Assembly (NCBI GenBank): GCA_963842525.1
Contig: CAWJGT010000009.1
Location: forward strand, 1,760,001 to 1,824,000
Length of the DNA: 64,000 nt
Direction of reading: 5' to 3'
DNA from: an uncultured Holophagales bacterium
Lineage (GTDB): Bacteria > Acidobacteriota > Thermoanaerobaculia > Multivoradales > UBA5704
Part shown: piece by piece, positions 50,608 through 61,355 of the stretch
Position numbering within the stretch: position 1 is the first letter of the stretch
Layout: each line of letters begins with the position of its first letter
Program-made: the position numbers and the translations under genes
The notes under the pieces: generated by a model
Seen by the model: only the letters and a program-made list of their open reading frames with translations
Databases searched by the model: none
Told to the model about the DNA's origin: nothing

Positions 50608-52071
50608 ATGCCCCGTAGCTTTCGGTCGATTTGTGTTCTGTCGCTTCTCCTGCTGACCCTGCCTTGGCTGGCGGTCGCCAAGCCGGCGGCCAAAGCGCCG
50701 AAGCCCGACCCCGACAAGGATGTGGCCGTCGGCTCAGTCGAGCGGCAACGCCCGGAGCTCGTCCGCCTCTCCGACCAGATCTGGACCTATGCCGAGACGG
50801 CGTTGCGCGAGACCCGGTCGTCCAAGGCGCTCGCCGAGCATGCGGAGCAGCAGGGGTTCCGGGTCGAGCGCGGCGTGGCCGGCATGCCGACGGCTTTCGT
50901 GGCCAGCTATGGCGAGGGGCGGCCGGTGATCGGCATCCTGGGCGAGTACGACGCCCTGCCGGGGATCTCGCAGAAGGCGCAGCCGACCAAGGAGCCGCTG
51001 GAGGCTGGCGCGGGCGGGCACGGCTGCGGGCACAACCTGTTCGGCGTCGCCAGCCTGGGCGCGGCCACCGCGATCAAGGAGCTGATCGCCGCCGGCAAGC
51101 TCAAGGGGACCATCCGCTTCTATGGCACCCCGGCGGAGGAGTCGGTCGGCGGCAAGCTCTACATGGTCCGCGACGGGCTCTTCAAGGACGTCGACGTCAT
51201 CCTTGCCTGGCATCCGTCCGTCGAGATCCGCGCCGACACCCAGAGCACCCAGGCGCTGGTCGACTTCGTCGTGGAGTTCAAGGGCAGGGCGGCCCACGCC
51301 GCCTTCGACCCCTGGAACGGCCGCAGCGCGCTCGACGCCGCCGAGCTCTTCACGCATGGCCTCAACCTGATGCGCGAGCACGTCCAGCCCAGCGTCCGCA
51401 TGCACTACGTCATCCAGAACGGCGGCGACGTACCCAACGTGATCCCCGAGCACGCCCGGATCTGGTGCTGGGTGCGGGACTCGAAACACGCCTCGGTCGA
51501 TACGCTGTTGGAGAGGGTGCGCAAGATCGTCCAGGGCGCGGCCCTCGCCGCCGAGGTCGAAGGGACGCTCACGGTGCAGTCGGGCGACTACGAGATGCTG
51601 CCCAACATGGCCGGCGCGAAGCTCCTCCAGGCCAACCTGGATTGGCTCGGGCCGATTCAGTTCACGCCGGAGGAGCAGGAGTTCGCGAAGACGCTCCAGC
51701 GCGAGACCGGCGTCGTAGCCAAGGGGCTCGACGGCGAGGTCAAGCCCCTCGACGAGCATCCCGGACCCCCGGACGGCGGCTCGACCGACGTGGCCGACGT
51801 GAGCTGGAACGTGCCGGTCATCCACCTCTCGGTCACCACCGGGGCCACGGGCGCGCCCTGGCACGCCTGGCCGGAGGTGGCCTGCGCCGGCATGTCCATC
51901 GGCCACAAGGGAATGACCTACGCCGCCAAGGCGCTGGCCGCCACGGCGATCGACCTTTTCAAGAGCCCGAACCACCGCAACGCCATCCGCCAGGAGCTCG
52001 AGGAGAAGACGAAGGGTCAGATCTACAAGGGTTATATCCCCGACGGTCCGCCGCCGATCCCGAAGGATTGA
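50608..52071 (+). CDS. M20 amidohydrolase (AbgB-like), exported
   Basis: EYDALP, GHGCGHN, GTPAEE, WHP, GSTDVADVS. Confidence 0.9.
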   Translation: MPRSFRSICVLSLLLLTLPWLAVAKPAAKAPKPDPDKDVAVGSVERQRPELVRLSDQIWTYAETALRETRSSKALAEHAEQQGFRVERGVAGMPTAFVASYGEGRPVIGILGEYDALPGISQKAQPTKEPLEAGAGGHGCGHNLFGVASLGAATAIKELIAAGKLKGTIRFYGTPAEESVGGKLYMVRDGLFKDVDVILAWHPSVEIRADTQSTQALVDFVVEFKGRAAHAAFDPWNGRSALDAAELFTHGLNLMREHVQPSVRMHYVIQNGGDVPNVIPEHARIWCWVRDSKHASVDTLLERVRKIVQGAALAAEVEGTLTVQSGDYEMLPNMAGAKLLQANLDWLGPIQFTPEEQEFAKTLQRETGVVAKGLDGEVKPLDEHPGPPDGGSTDVADVSWNVPVIHLSVTTGATGAPWHAWPEVACAGMSIGHKGMTYAAKALAATAIDLFKSPNHRNAIRQELEEKTKGQIYKGYIPDGPPPIPKD

Positions 52072-52155
52072 CCGTCTTGAGCTCCTACCGGAAGACCTTC
52101 GAGGTCCGCTGGGCGGGCCTCGACCGCTCCTCTCGCCTCGAGCCTGCACAACTGT

Positions 52156-52188
52156 CATAATCCAGATGTGCCCCACTTTGTGGGCACA
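52156..52188 (+). promoter_or_regulatory. Putative -10 box and palindromic operator of the TA operon
   Basis: CATAAT followed by TGTGCCCCAC-TTT-GTGGGCACA. Confidence 0.5.
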
Positions 52189-52200
52189 ACAGGAGTGGTA

Positions 52201-52536
52201 ATGATGGAACCCCTTGATGTCTTCACCGTGCGGGACCTGCGTCAGCGGTCGGGGGACCTGCTTCGCGACGCCGAGCAAGGCAGGCTGTCCCTGATCACCA
52301 AACACGGCCGTCCGGCCATCCTGGCTGTGCCCTTCGACGAGCGTCTGCTGAGGTACGGAATTCATCGCGCTTTGGCCCTCCACCTGTTCGAAGCCGGACA
52401 GGTGACGCTCGCCCAGGGAGCCAGGCTGGCCGGCTTGCCGCTCGAAGCTTTCATCGAGCTCTTGGGCCAGACCGACATTCCAGCCGTGAGCTACCCTCCG
52501 GAGGATCTGGAGGACGAAGTCGAGGCCGCGCGTTGA
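52201..52536 (+). CDS. Antitoxin: Phd/YefM-like N-terminus + UPF0175 domain
   Basis: TVRDLR...LITKHGRP; [14 protein letters not shown]...FIELL. Confidence 0.75.
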   Translation: MMEPLDVFTVRDLRQRSGDLLRDAEQGRLSLITKHGRPAILAVPFDERLLRYGIHRALALHLFEAGQVTLAQGARLAGLPLEAFIELLGQTDIPAVSYPPEDLEDEVEAAR

Positions 52537-53042
52537 CCGACCTCCCCGTCGTGGCAGATGCCGGTCCTCTCATTGGCTTGGCGAGAGTCGGCCTCCTGGA
52601 TCTGCTGCGCCAGCTCTATGGAAAGGTCCTGGTCCCGGCCCAGGTTTTCGAAGAGCTCCAGACCTCCGAGGACCGGCCGGGGTCACGAGCGCTCCGTGCG
52701 GCCGTGGAAGAAGGTTGGCTCGAAGCGGCTCCCCGGGCCAGAGGCGAGGAGTTGGAGTTTCTGAGCCTTGCCCTCGGTCCTGGCGAGGCAGGTGCGATTC
52801 TGCTCTCGGGGCAACGCCCCTGCCGTTTTCTCCTGCTCGACGAGCGGCGCGGAAGGACAGTCGCGAAGAGGCGTGGGCTCAGGGTTGTCGGGACTGGCGG
52901 GGTCCTTCTCGCGGCCAAGCAGCAGGGGCTGATAGACCGAGTCTCGGAGGTGCTCGATCAGCTCGCCAAGAGCGGGTATCGGCTCTCCCCTGAGCTCCGG
53001 AACCAGATCCTGAACCTTGCCGGAGAGGCCGAGAACGCATAG
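52533..53042 (+). CDS. DUF3368 PIN-like toxin
   Basis: [31 protein letters not shown]. Confidence 0.85.
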   Translation: MTDLPVVADAGPLIGLARVGLLDLLRQLYGKVLVPAQVFEELQTSEDRPGSRALRAAVEEGWLEAAPRARGEELEFLSLALGPGEAGAILLSGQRPCRFLLLDERRGRTVAKRRGLRVVGTGGVLLAAKQQGLIDRVSEVLDQLAKSGYRLSPELRNQILNLAGEAENA

Positions 53043-53174
53043 GAGAGCCGGCGCCAATTCTCCCCCGATCTGGAGGACCCGTGGGATTGCGTTTACTACG
53101 ATTCGCCAAGACTTTTTGGAATACCTGTCGCCCTCCACTAGTCTCTCAGCGATCATTCACATGAGGATCAACCC

Positions 53175-55371
53175 ATGATCACGAATGGCCCAATCTACTC
53201 GACGCTTCTTGCTGAAGCCGAACAGACTAGACCCTACGGGCCCGAGTCATTGAAGGTCATCTTCTCGACTGTCGAGAATCTTCAGAAGCACCCAACCTCC
53301 AGCGATCGCCCTGGAATGCTTTTGGGCATGATTCAGAGCGGCAAGACGCGCACTTTCGTGGGCGTCATCGCTCTTGCTGCGGACAATGGCTTTGACTTGT
53401 TCATCGTCCTCACCAAGGGAACAAAAGCGTTGACCACCCAAACCTACGAGCGTCTCAAGAAGGCGTATGACACGGCAATCGAGAGTGACGACCTGCGGGT
53501 CTTCGACATCATTGACGCTGCCGAAGCTGACTTCCCGCGAACAGCGCATCCCTGTGATCATCGTCGCCAAGAAGGAGAAACGGAATCTAGACCGCCTGAA
53601 GTCCGCTTTATTCAAGACCTATCCGTTCGAAAACCGGCGAGCCTTGATTATCGATGACGAGGCCGACTTCGCCTCGGTCGGATTCCGCCGTCCCAAGGGT
53701 GAACAGGCGGAGTTGCAGGCCATCATGCGCCTTATCTCCGAAGTGCGCAATGGTCTGCCGAACTCCAGCTTCCTACAGGTCACCGCGACGCCATATTCGC
53801 TATACCTTCAGCCGTCGGCACCGACTCCCGGGCAGGGTCCTGAGTTTCAGCCTGTCCGACCGGCCTTCACCGAACTCGTTCCCATCCATGACGAGTACGT
53901 CGGAGGCAAGGTGTACTTCGAGGAGTCAGGTGAACCCGGCTCAGTGGCCTCCGCCCTCTTCACCCCCGTGCTGCCCGAAGAGATCAACCTTCTCCACCAC
54001 GCTGATCGCAGACGATTCAAAGTTGAAGAGGCGCTGAATCATAGCGGGATCAACACTCTGCGGCACGCCATCATAACGTTTATCGTCGGCGGGGTAGTCC
54101 GGCGGCTTCAAGCCAAGAATTCCAGGGAGAAGCCTAGCAAATATAGCTTCATTATTCACACCGAATCGAGTCGAGGCTCTCATGCTTGGCAGGAAAAGAT
54201 CGTCGATACACTCATCGACACCGTCCGGACTGCGGCCGAGTCGCCCACGGCCCGCTTCGGCGAGCTCGCCAGAGCGGCGTACGACGACATCGCTCTATCA
54301 ATCGGCTTTGCAGGCGGATGGCTGCCTCCATTTGACGAAGTTCTTACGGAGGTCATCGAGCATCTTGCGGCAGTCCAGGTTGAGAAGGTCAATACTGACA
54401 ACGACGTCAAGAACCTCTTGGACCGCGACGGTCAACTCGAGCTGCGCAACCGTCTCAACATCTTCATCGGTGGCCAGATTCTTGATCGTGGCCTCACGAT
54501 TCGCAACCTAATTGGGTTCTACTACGGAAGGCGAGCGAATCGATTCCAACAGGATACCGTTCTTCAGCATGCCCGGATGTACGGCGCTCGTCCGAAGGCA
54601 GATCTTGCCGTCACCCGCTTTTACACGTCTGTTGACCTCCATCGCGTACTGAGCACAATTCACGAGTTCGATGCCGGATTGCGAGAGGCTTTCACGGCTG
54701 GCGGGAACGCCGCGGGCGTTGCGTTCATCCGCAGAGAGGGAGCCAACATAATTCCTTGCTCACCCAACAAGATCCTGATTTCAACCCTCACCACTCTTCG
54801 TGCGGGAAAGAGACTGCTTCCTGTAGCATTTCAAACCGGGTACAAGAGCCACGTGCTCAAGCACGTGAAGACCATTGACGGGTTCATCGCCTCCACGCTC
54901 AAGGCGGATGCTGTGGGCGCGCCCGTTCTGGTGAGCTTGACTGATGCCGAGGGCCTTGTCGATCTCGTCCATGCGACATTTGAGGATCAGAACGAGTTTG
55001 GCTACGAGTGGGACGTAGAGGCCTTCAAGGCAAGTATGGAGTACGTCAGCAAGCTCAACCCGGACCCAACGGAGCGAGGGAGCATTTATTTGCTAGCTCG
55101 TCGCGATCGCGATAATGTCCGCATTCGCGACAGCGGTCGGCCGTTTGATGCGCCGGATACCTCGCACGTCGAGGGCGCTATTGCCAAATCTGTCGCGAAA
55201 ACCGCCCCAATGCTCATGATGTTTCGGCAGAACGGGAGGAAAGAACGCGGGTGGCGTGACTGCCCGTTCTGGTGGCCTGTTCTGTATATGCCTCAGCGCA
55301 TGGGCACGGTGGTCTTCGCAAGCGATGTGAATGACTACGACGAGGATGCGCCAATTCCGTCCGTGCCCTGA
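53175..55371 (+). CDS. Helicase-like ATPase + Z1 domain protein (frameshift ~53515)
   Basis: GMIQSGKT, IIDDEAD, TATP, GGQILDRGLTI, DTVLQHARMYG; lower GC than flanks. Confidence 0.8.
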
Positions 55372-55401
55372 GTTCGAACCGAACATCGGCTAACTCAAAG
55401 A

Positions 55402-55451
55402 GTAAGCCCCCGGCTCTGCCTGGGGACTCCCAGAGTTTGACAGTTCCGGGA
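55402..55451 (+). mobile_element. Possible IS200/IS605-type end remnant
   Basis: GTAAGCCCCCGGCTCTGCCTGGGGACTCCCAGAGTTTGACAG hairpin resembles IS200-group ends (recognition from memory); no tnpA follows. Confidence 0.4.
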
Positions 55452-55590
55452 TCGTGGAAGTGTGGGCGGGCTTCACTGTTCGGAGTCGATCGGAGCTGAA
55501 AAGGAGAAAGGAGGTGGCGGAGGGGCGGGCGGTGGCACCATCTATCGCAGAAACTGCGGCGAAGACCTGCGCTCCAAGTGGAGGATCCGG

Positions 55591-55798
55591 CGCCTGGCCG
55601 GAGGTCGCCTGCGCCGGCATGTCCATCGGCCACAAGGGAATGACCTACGCTGCCAAGGCCCTGGCCGCCACGGCGATCGACCTCTTCAAGAGCCCGGACC
55701 ACCGCAACGCCATCCGCCAGGAGCTCGAGGAGAAGACGAAGGGGCAGATCTACAAGGGTTACATCCCCGACGGCCCGCCGCCGATCCCGAAGGACTGA
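55591..55798 (+). repeat. 208-bp second copy of the amidohydrolase 3' end
   Basis: Matches 51864-52071 with 9 substitutions. Confidence 0.97.
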
Positions 55799-55823
55799 CG
55801 GCGGCGCTGGAGAGGCACGGCGG

Positions 55824-57747
55824 TCAGCTCGCTCCGCCGAGATCCCGCCAGCCCAGGATCTCGTCGATGGTCTGCCGCGAGACGGAGTGGTAGCCGGGCC
55901 GGGCCTTCTCGTAGATGCGCAGGGCCAGCTCGGCGCCTTCGGGAGTCTTCGCCAACTCGGTGTAGAGGGGCCGCAGGAACTTCCTTCTCCCCATGCCCGT
56001 CAGGAACCGCTCCAGCGCCGGCCAGGCCGCGTCGTAGCGGCTGTCGATGGCCCGCAGGAACCAGGCGTTCAGGATCTCGGAGTTGCCCGAGTCGGTGAAG
56101 TGGAAGGCCGCGTCGAGCTCGGCCATCCGGTCCCGGCTGAGCGGCGCCGGCAGGTTGGGCAGGAAGTGTTGCCACTGGAACGCATTCCACCCCTGGGTCT
56201 GGAGCTGGCCGGCAGGAGTCCCCCGGGCGAAAGCCTGGAGCTGGCGGTCCACCTCGGCGAAGGCCGTGGAGCGGATCTCCGGCGCGTTCAACGGCAGCCC
56301 CGGTCCGTAGACCCACTGCTGGATCTGCAAGCGCTCGGCGAGCGCTGCGTCGCCGGCGAGCAGGCTCTGCTGCAGGATGGCGAGGAACCCAGCGGTATCC
56401 GTGGACTGAAAGGCGTGCGAGTCGAAATACTCGCGCAGGAAGCGGTCGAGCTTCTCGCGCCCCACGGCTTCCTCGATCGTCCGCAGGAACAGAGACCCCT
56501 TCTCGTAGGCGATGTCGTTCATCCCTTCGTCGGGGTCGCGGCCGGCGAGGCTCAGGAAGAGGTGGGTATCCGGCTTGTCGGCCCCGAGGTCCTCGAGCGT
56601 CGTTTGCAGATCCTGCCGGCCGAGCACCCAGAGCATGTCCACGTAGTCCTTGCCGTGGAGCGACTCCATGATCCGGCGCTCGAAGTAGTTGGTGAAACCT
56701 TCGTTGAGCCAGAAGTCGTTCCAGGTAGCGTTCGTCACCAGGTTGCCCGACCAGGAGTGGGCGGAGCTCATGGGCGATCAGCGACACCAGGGAGCGGTCG
56801 CGGGCGAGCAGGGTGGGGGTCACGAAGGTCAGGCGCGGGTTCTCCATGCCTCCATAGGGGAAGCTCGGCGGCAGCACGAGCAGGTCGTAGCGGCCCCATC
56901 GATAGGGGCCGTAGAGGCGCTCGGCCGCGTCGATCATCTTCGGAGTGTCCGCGAATTCCCAGGCCGCGAGGTCGATCACCGTGGGCTCGGCGTAGACGCC
57001 GCTGCGCTCCCCGAGCGGCCGGAAGACGATGTCGCCCACCGCGACCGCTAGGAGGTAGGAGGGGATCGCCTGCGGCATCCGGAACTGGTAGACGCCGTCG
57101 GCGCTCTTCTGGGTCGGGTTCTCGGCGCTCATCAGGGCCAGCAGACCGCGCGGCACGCGCAGGGTGGCCTCGTAGGTCATGCGTACGCCGGGCGAATCCT
57201 GGCAGGGCACCCAGGTGCGGGCCAGGATCGCCTGCGACTGGCTGAGCAGGAAGGGAGCCGTTTTGGAAGCTGTCTGCTGCGGGTCGAGCCACTGGAGAGC
57301 CGCCGCCTCCGGCCGGGTGGAGTAGTCGACGTGGACCCACTGGGTCGCGGGAGTGATCTCGATCTCCAGGGCCCGTCCGAGGAACTCCACCGGCTCGCCC
57401 AGGGTGAACCGCGTGGCCGTGCCGTTGTCCAGGGTCACCCTCTGGACGTCCAGGTCGCGGGTGTCGAGGACGAGCCGCTCAGCGCCGGTCTTGTTCTTGA
57501 TGCGCAGGCTGGCGCGACCGGCGAGCCGGCGCTTCTCGAAGTCGACGCCGAGGTCGAGCTTCAGGTGCTCGACCGCGACCTCGTCGGGCCGGGCAAAGGA
57601 GTGCGGGTCCTGCGACGTCTCCTGGACGACGCGCACGGCCGGCGCCGCGGTCACGGGCGGCGGAGCCGGGGTGGCGCAGGCGAGCAGCCAGGGTCCGAGA
57701 ACGAGCAGGGCGAGGGACGAGCGGTGGAGGAGCTTCGGCATGGCCAT
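55824..57747 (-). CDS. M1 aminopeptidase, leukotriene-A4-hydrolase-like (frameshift ~56765)
   Basis: GGMEN, AHEL|AHSWSGN...WLNEG, YEKG; lipoprotein-like signal. Confidence 0.9.
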
Positions 57748-57788
57748 AAGGAGGCGATTATACGAGGGAGTGCAGGATCAAACCGGGA

Positions 57789-58721
57789 TCAGATCGCCGG
57801 CTCGCCCTGATCCAACGCCTTGTGCAGGCGCTGCAGGATCGCGAAGACCTCGGGCCGCGTCAGCTTGGCGCCGGGGCCGCGGGCCTCGATCCGGTCCAGG
57901 GTGGCCTGGGCGAGGTGGACCGGCAGGGCGTTGAAGGCCACCAGCCCCTGTTCCGCCCCGGCGCGCTGGAGAGCGAGCACGTACTCGGCTGCCTGATCCA
58001 GGTCCCGCCGCGCCAGGGCCATCACCTCGGCCCGGTCCACCCCCTCGGGCAGGTACCGCCGGCCCTGGGTGGCGTCGGAGGCGGAGTCCTTCAGGATGTT
58101 GACGAGCTGCAGGCCCTCGCCGAAGGGACGCGAACGCGACCGTAGCAGGGAGGAGGCGTCCGCCAGCCCGGGCCGTTCGCGCAGGAACAGCTCGGTCAGG
58201 AGCTCGCCGACGATGCCCGCGACCACGTAGCAATAATCTTGAAGATCCGCCAGGTCCCGCAGGCGCAGCTCCCCCTGATCCGAGGTCCGAGCCACAAAAC
58301 CCGCCATGCCGTCGGCGGTGCGCACCGTGTGCTCGCGGATCAGGTCGACCGCGCCGGGGGAGAGAGCAAAGAATGCGTCCAGCACCGCCGGCAGCCCAGC
58401 CAGCAGATCGCGGTAGGCCGGGTGCTCGCAAGGGACCTCGGTGGCCCAGCGACGCGCGGTCGCCGCGATCTCGTCCGTGTCCGGCGCGTGGAGCAGGCGG
58501 CCGAAGTCTTCCAGGGCCTCGATCCGCTGCGCCTGCGGCCAGCTCGTCGCGTCCTCGAAGGTGTCGGCGATCCGGAAGAGCAGGTAGGTGATGGTCACCT
58601 CCCGCCGGGTCGGCTCGGGAAGCAGGGGGATGGCCAGCGCGAAGGTGCGGCTGGTGGTGATGAGGAGCTGCTCCAGGTCCACCGCGCTCTCCGCCGCCTG
58701 GAGGTTCGAGTCCGCAAGCAT
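57789..58721 (-). CDS. Squalene/phytoene synthase family (SQS-like)
   Basis: TSRTF, YLLFRIADTFED, YCYVVAGIVG, GLQLVNILKD...D...GRRYLP. Confidence 0.88.
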   Translation of the reverse strand: MLADSNLQAAESAVDLEQLLITTSRTFALAIPLLPEPTRREVTITYLLFRIADTFEDATSWPQAQRIEALEDFGRLLHAPDTDEIAATARRWATEVPCEHPAYRDLLAGLPAVLDAFFALSPGAVDLIREHTVRTADGMAGFVARTSDQGELRLRDLADLQDYCYVVAGIVGELLTELFLRERPGLADASSLLRSRSRPFGEGLQLVNILKDSASDATQGRRYLPEGVDRAEVMALARRDLDQAAEYVLALQRAGAEQGLVAFNALPVHLAQATLDRIEARGPGAKLTRPEVFAILQRLHKALDQGEPAI

Positions 58722-58745
58722 TCGCAGAGGATAACAGGTCCGGGC

Positions 58746-58765
58746 CCCTCACCCCCGGCCCTCCA
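58746..58765. repeat. Truncated family A left arm
   Basis: CCCCTCACCCCCGGCCCTCC. Confidence 0.6.
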
Positions 58766-58834
58766 GCGGCGGGCGACCGGTAATCCTTTTCGAGAAGCTT
58801 TGACCCGCCTGTCCGTATCGTCTAGACTTTTTTC

Positions 58835-59713
58835 ATGGCTCAGCCGGTGCGGAACAACCCGGCCCTGTCGCCGTGGGATCTCGACTGGGACGAGAACGAG
58901 GAGGCTTGCCTCGTCTTCGGCTTCCGCGAGGGACTCTTCCGCGCACCCGATGGCGGCGTCGAATACCGCCAGATCCCCCTGACCGCCGAGGACTACATCA
59001 ATCCGCGCGTCGGTGACCACTTGACCCAAGGCAACCGCCACGCCATCGTCAGCATGAACCTGTACGACATGCTCGAACAGCGGTATGAGACCGCAGCGGA
59101 TGTGATGGTGTCCTTCGACATGAAGATCCGCTGGGGAATGCGCCGGCTTCCAAGCCCGTCGCCGGACGTGGCGGTGATCCCGGACGTACGCGACAGGGAG
59201 AAAAGTCGCAAAAGCTTCCATGTGGGCGCGGAAAAAGCACGCCCCTGCCTGGTCATCGAGGTGGTCTCGGCCGACGAGGAGGGGGACGAGCGGTGGCTTG
59301 CGGATTATAAGACGAAGGTCGACATCTACCGGCGAGCCGGGGTGCCGGAATACCTGATCGTGGACCCCCAGCACTACCTGAAGGAGCCGCACCTGCGGCT
59401 CACCGGCTACCGCCTGGACGCGAGAGGCCGCTACCGGCCGATCGAGCCGGACGCCCAAGGGCGACTGCTCTCGGAGACGACCGGCGTGTGGTTCGCCATC
59501 GCGCCGGACCGCCAGGACCCCTGGCTGATCGACGCCGCCACCGGGGAGCGGCTGTTGACCGGACGCGAGACGCGGGCCGCCCGGCGGGAGGCGGAGCAAG
59601 CTCGGCAGACAGCCGAAGAGCGAGCCGCGGCAGCCGAAGAGCGAGCCGCAGCGGCCGAAGCAGAGCTGGCGCGATTGCGTCAGAAGCTGGGGCTCGGCGA
59701 TCCACAGCCCTGA
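58835..59713 (+). CDS. Uma2/DUF820 PD-(D/E)xK endonuclease with coiled-coil tail
   Basis: SPDVAV, LVIEVVS, K..IY...GVPEYLIVDP; AEERAAA tail. Confidence 0.88.
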   Translation: MAQPVRNNPALSPWDLDWDENEEACLVFGFREGLFRAPDGGVEYRQIPLTAEDYINPRVGDHLTQGNRHAIVSMNLYDMLEQRYETAADVMVSFDMKIRWGMRRLPSPSPDVAVIPDVRDREKSRKSFHVGAEKARPCLVIEVVSADEEGDERWLADYKTKVDIYRRAGVPEYLIVDPQHYLKEPHLRLTGYRLDARGRYRPIEPDAQGRLLSETTGVWFAIAPDRQDPWLIDAATGERLLTGRETRAARREAEQARQTAEERAAAAEERAAAAEAELARLRQKLGLGDPQP

Positions 59714-59752
59714 GCCGGTTTCCCGTCTCCCGTCATTTGAGATCACTTCCCG

Positions 59753-59810
59753 GCTTCCCCCTCTCCCGGTCGGGGGGAGAGCGATGGGAAAGGGGCCAGG
59801 GGGGGTGAGG
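59753..59810. repeat. Family A right arm
   Basis: CCCCCTCTCCCGGTCGGGGGGAGAGCGATGGGAAAGGGGCCAGGGGGGGTGAGG. Confidence 0.8.
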
Positions 59811-59813
59811 TGT

Positions 59814-59892
59814 CTACGTCACCTCTGTCCCTGGCACCTCCTCCCCGCGCAGCGCCCGTTCCAGTGCGCCGGGGGCAAGGCCGTTGAGGATC
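59814..59892 (-). repeat. Diverged second copy of the IPK gene 3' end
   Basis: Encodes ILNGLAPGALERALRGEEVPGTEVT* versus ILNGLTPGALERALRGEEVPGTEVSLTP* at 61356-61443. Confidence 0.92.
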
Positions 59893-60720
59893 GCCTCCTG
59901 GGTGCCAGAGGATCCTCCTGAGGCTTCCTCCCTCGCCGGCGGAAACGTCTACTGCCCGTGCTCTCACGGAAGAAGACCGCGATCCTTCCACCTTCGAAGC
60001 ACCATCCCTCCCCGCACCCGGCCCTCGGACCCCCAAGATACCGCGACGCGATCGAACTGCACGGTTTCCGACCGGGAGCTTTCCACCGCACCTGCCGTTC
60101 GTCAGCGACCAGCCGCCGCATGGTCTCATTCCCGTGCCCGGGTAGCCGCGCTGGTCCCGCCAGTTGCAAAAGCTCCCTCGCCTGGCTGCCGGGCAGAGCT
60201 GTACCCGGTCTAGTGCTGGTCGTCGGCAGATCTCAAAGAATGCGGGGAAAATCCCTCTCAATCTTCTCCGGGGCGCAGCCCAAGGGCGCGTTCAGGTGCC
60301 CCGTGAGGGTAAATGCAGGCCGGCCCGCAAGCCTCGCGGGGCTCCATGCTCAAGATTCCCCAAGAATCCTCAGGCACCTATTCTAGACCGCAACGAGGGG
60401 TTAGGCGGCCAGTCGCCGCCGTAGCGACGCGATTCTTAGAGGACTTCAAGACGGAACCGAGGATTTACCGCGCCGGATTCGACGTAGCCGCCCCCCGAGA
60501 GAATCAGCCGCCATTCGATGCCTTTGCCGCGAGTAGCGGTACGTTGAGCCCTGGCTCGTCGAGTGATTCCAGGAGTGGCGCGACCGCCAGAAAGTGACGT
60601 GGCCGGACCACAATTTCTTTGGGAATAGTGCCGTCACCCGGGAGCACATCGATCGCCTCGATGTGTTGGAGCCCTCCCTGATCCGCGAGGATACTGCCCT
60701 TGCTGTCGAACACGATCGCG

Positions 60721-60920
60721 TGAGGCCGGAGGCCGATGCCCTGGGAGAAAGGCAATACGCCAAGGCGGCCTGAAAGGCCCGCGAGAGATCTGGTCCGAGT
60801 CGGCGCGTTCCGCTCCGGCTCTCGCGGACCTTTCAGGCCGCGTGACCGTGGGGCCTGTTGACCCAGGGCATCGGCCTTCGGTCTCAGCCCTGGGCTGCGC
60901 TCTCGCGACCCCTTGGGTCG
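60721..60920. repeat. Family B REP-like element, left-truncated
   Basis: Shares GGCCGATGCCCTGGG, GGCCTGAAAGGCC and CCCAGGGCATCGGCCTTCGG with 6777-7008. Confidence 0.85.
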
Positions 60921-61013
60921 CCAAGGCCGCGTGCCGGCCAAGCCCGGCTAAGTAAGGTTAGCGCGTATGCCCGGTCGGGGGGAGGGCGATCACGCCCACC
61001 GGCGGGCGCGAAC

Positions 61014-61327
61014 CCGATTCACGGTGAAACGGCTCTGGTTTGCCATGAACGCGGGCCGATTCATGGTGAAACGGCTCTGGTTTGCCGTGAACGCGGGCCG
61101 ATTCATGGTGAAACGGCTCTGGTTTGCCGTGAACGCGGGCCGATTCATGGTGAACCGGCCCTCATCGCGGCGATCCGGCCGCGGTTCGTCATGATCTCGG
61201 CCCGATTCGCCATGACCGCGAAGCCGTTTCCCGCGAATCGGCCCTCGTTCGTCATGAATCGGTTGCGTTCGCGGCGATCTCGTCTCCGTTCACGGCGAAC
61301 CACGACCGGTTCACCACGATCCGCCCC
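61014..61327. repeat. 21-bp-period array (~15 units; first part three near-identical 42-mers)
   Basis: CCGATTCAYGGTGAAACGGCTCTGGTTTGCCRTGAACGCGGG at 61014, 61056 and 61098, then degenerate 21-mers. Confidence 0.9.
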
Positions 61328-61355
61328 ACCCAGAGCAAAGTTAGCGCGCATGGGG

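Noticed and set aside
55454-55798. 114-aa independent gene
   Set aside because: Chance N-terminus fused to the duplicated amidohydrolase tail
8284-57747. Programmed frameshifting or mass pseudogenisation in ~14 genes
   Set aside because: Single-base shifts affect unrelated conserved genes, often near short homopolymers, with intact motifs on both sides; long-read indel error is the simpler explanation
59625-59670. 21-bp repeat in the Uma2 gene as a member of the 21-bp arrays
   Set aside because: Encodes the usual AEERAAA coiled-coil tail of Uma2 proteins and is not palindromic
59895-60500. ncRNA or intact gene in the ipk insert
   Set aside because: No recognisable RNA motif or convincing ORF by eye; an Rfam/BLASTX search would be needed
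61014-61160. CRISPR array
   Set aside because: Units are head-to-tail tandem copies without unique spacers, and no cas genes are in the window
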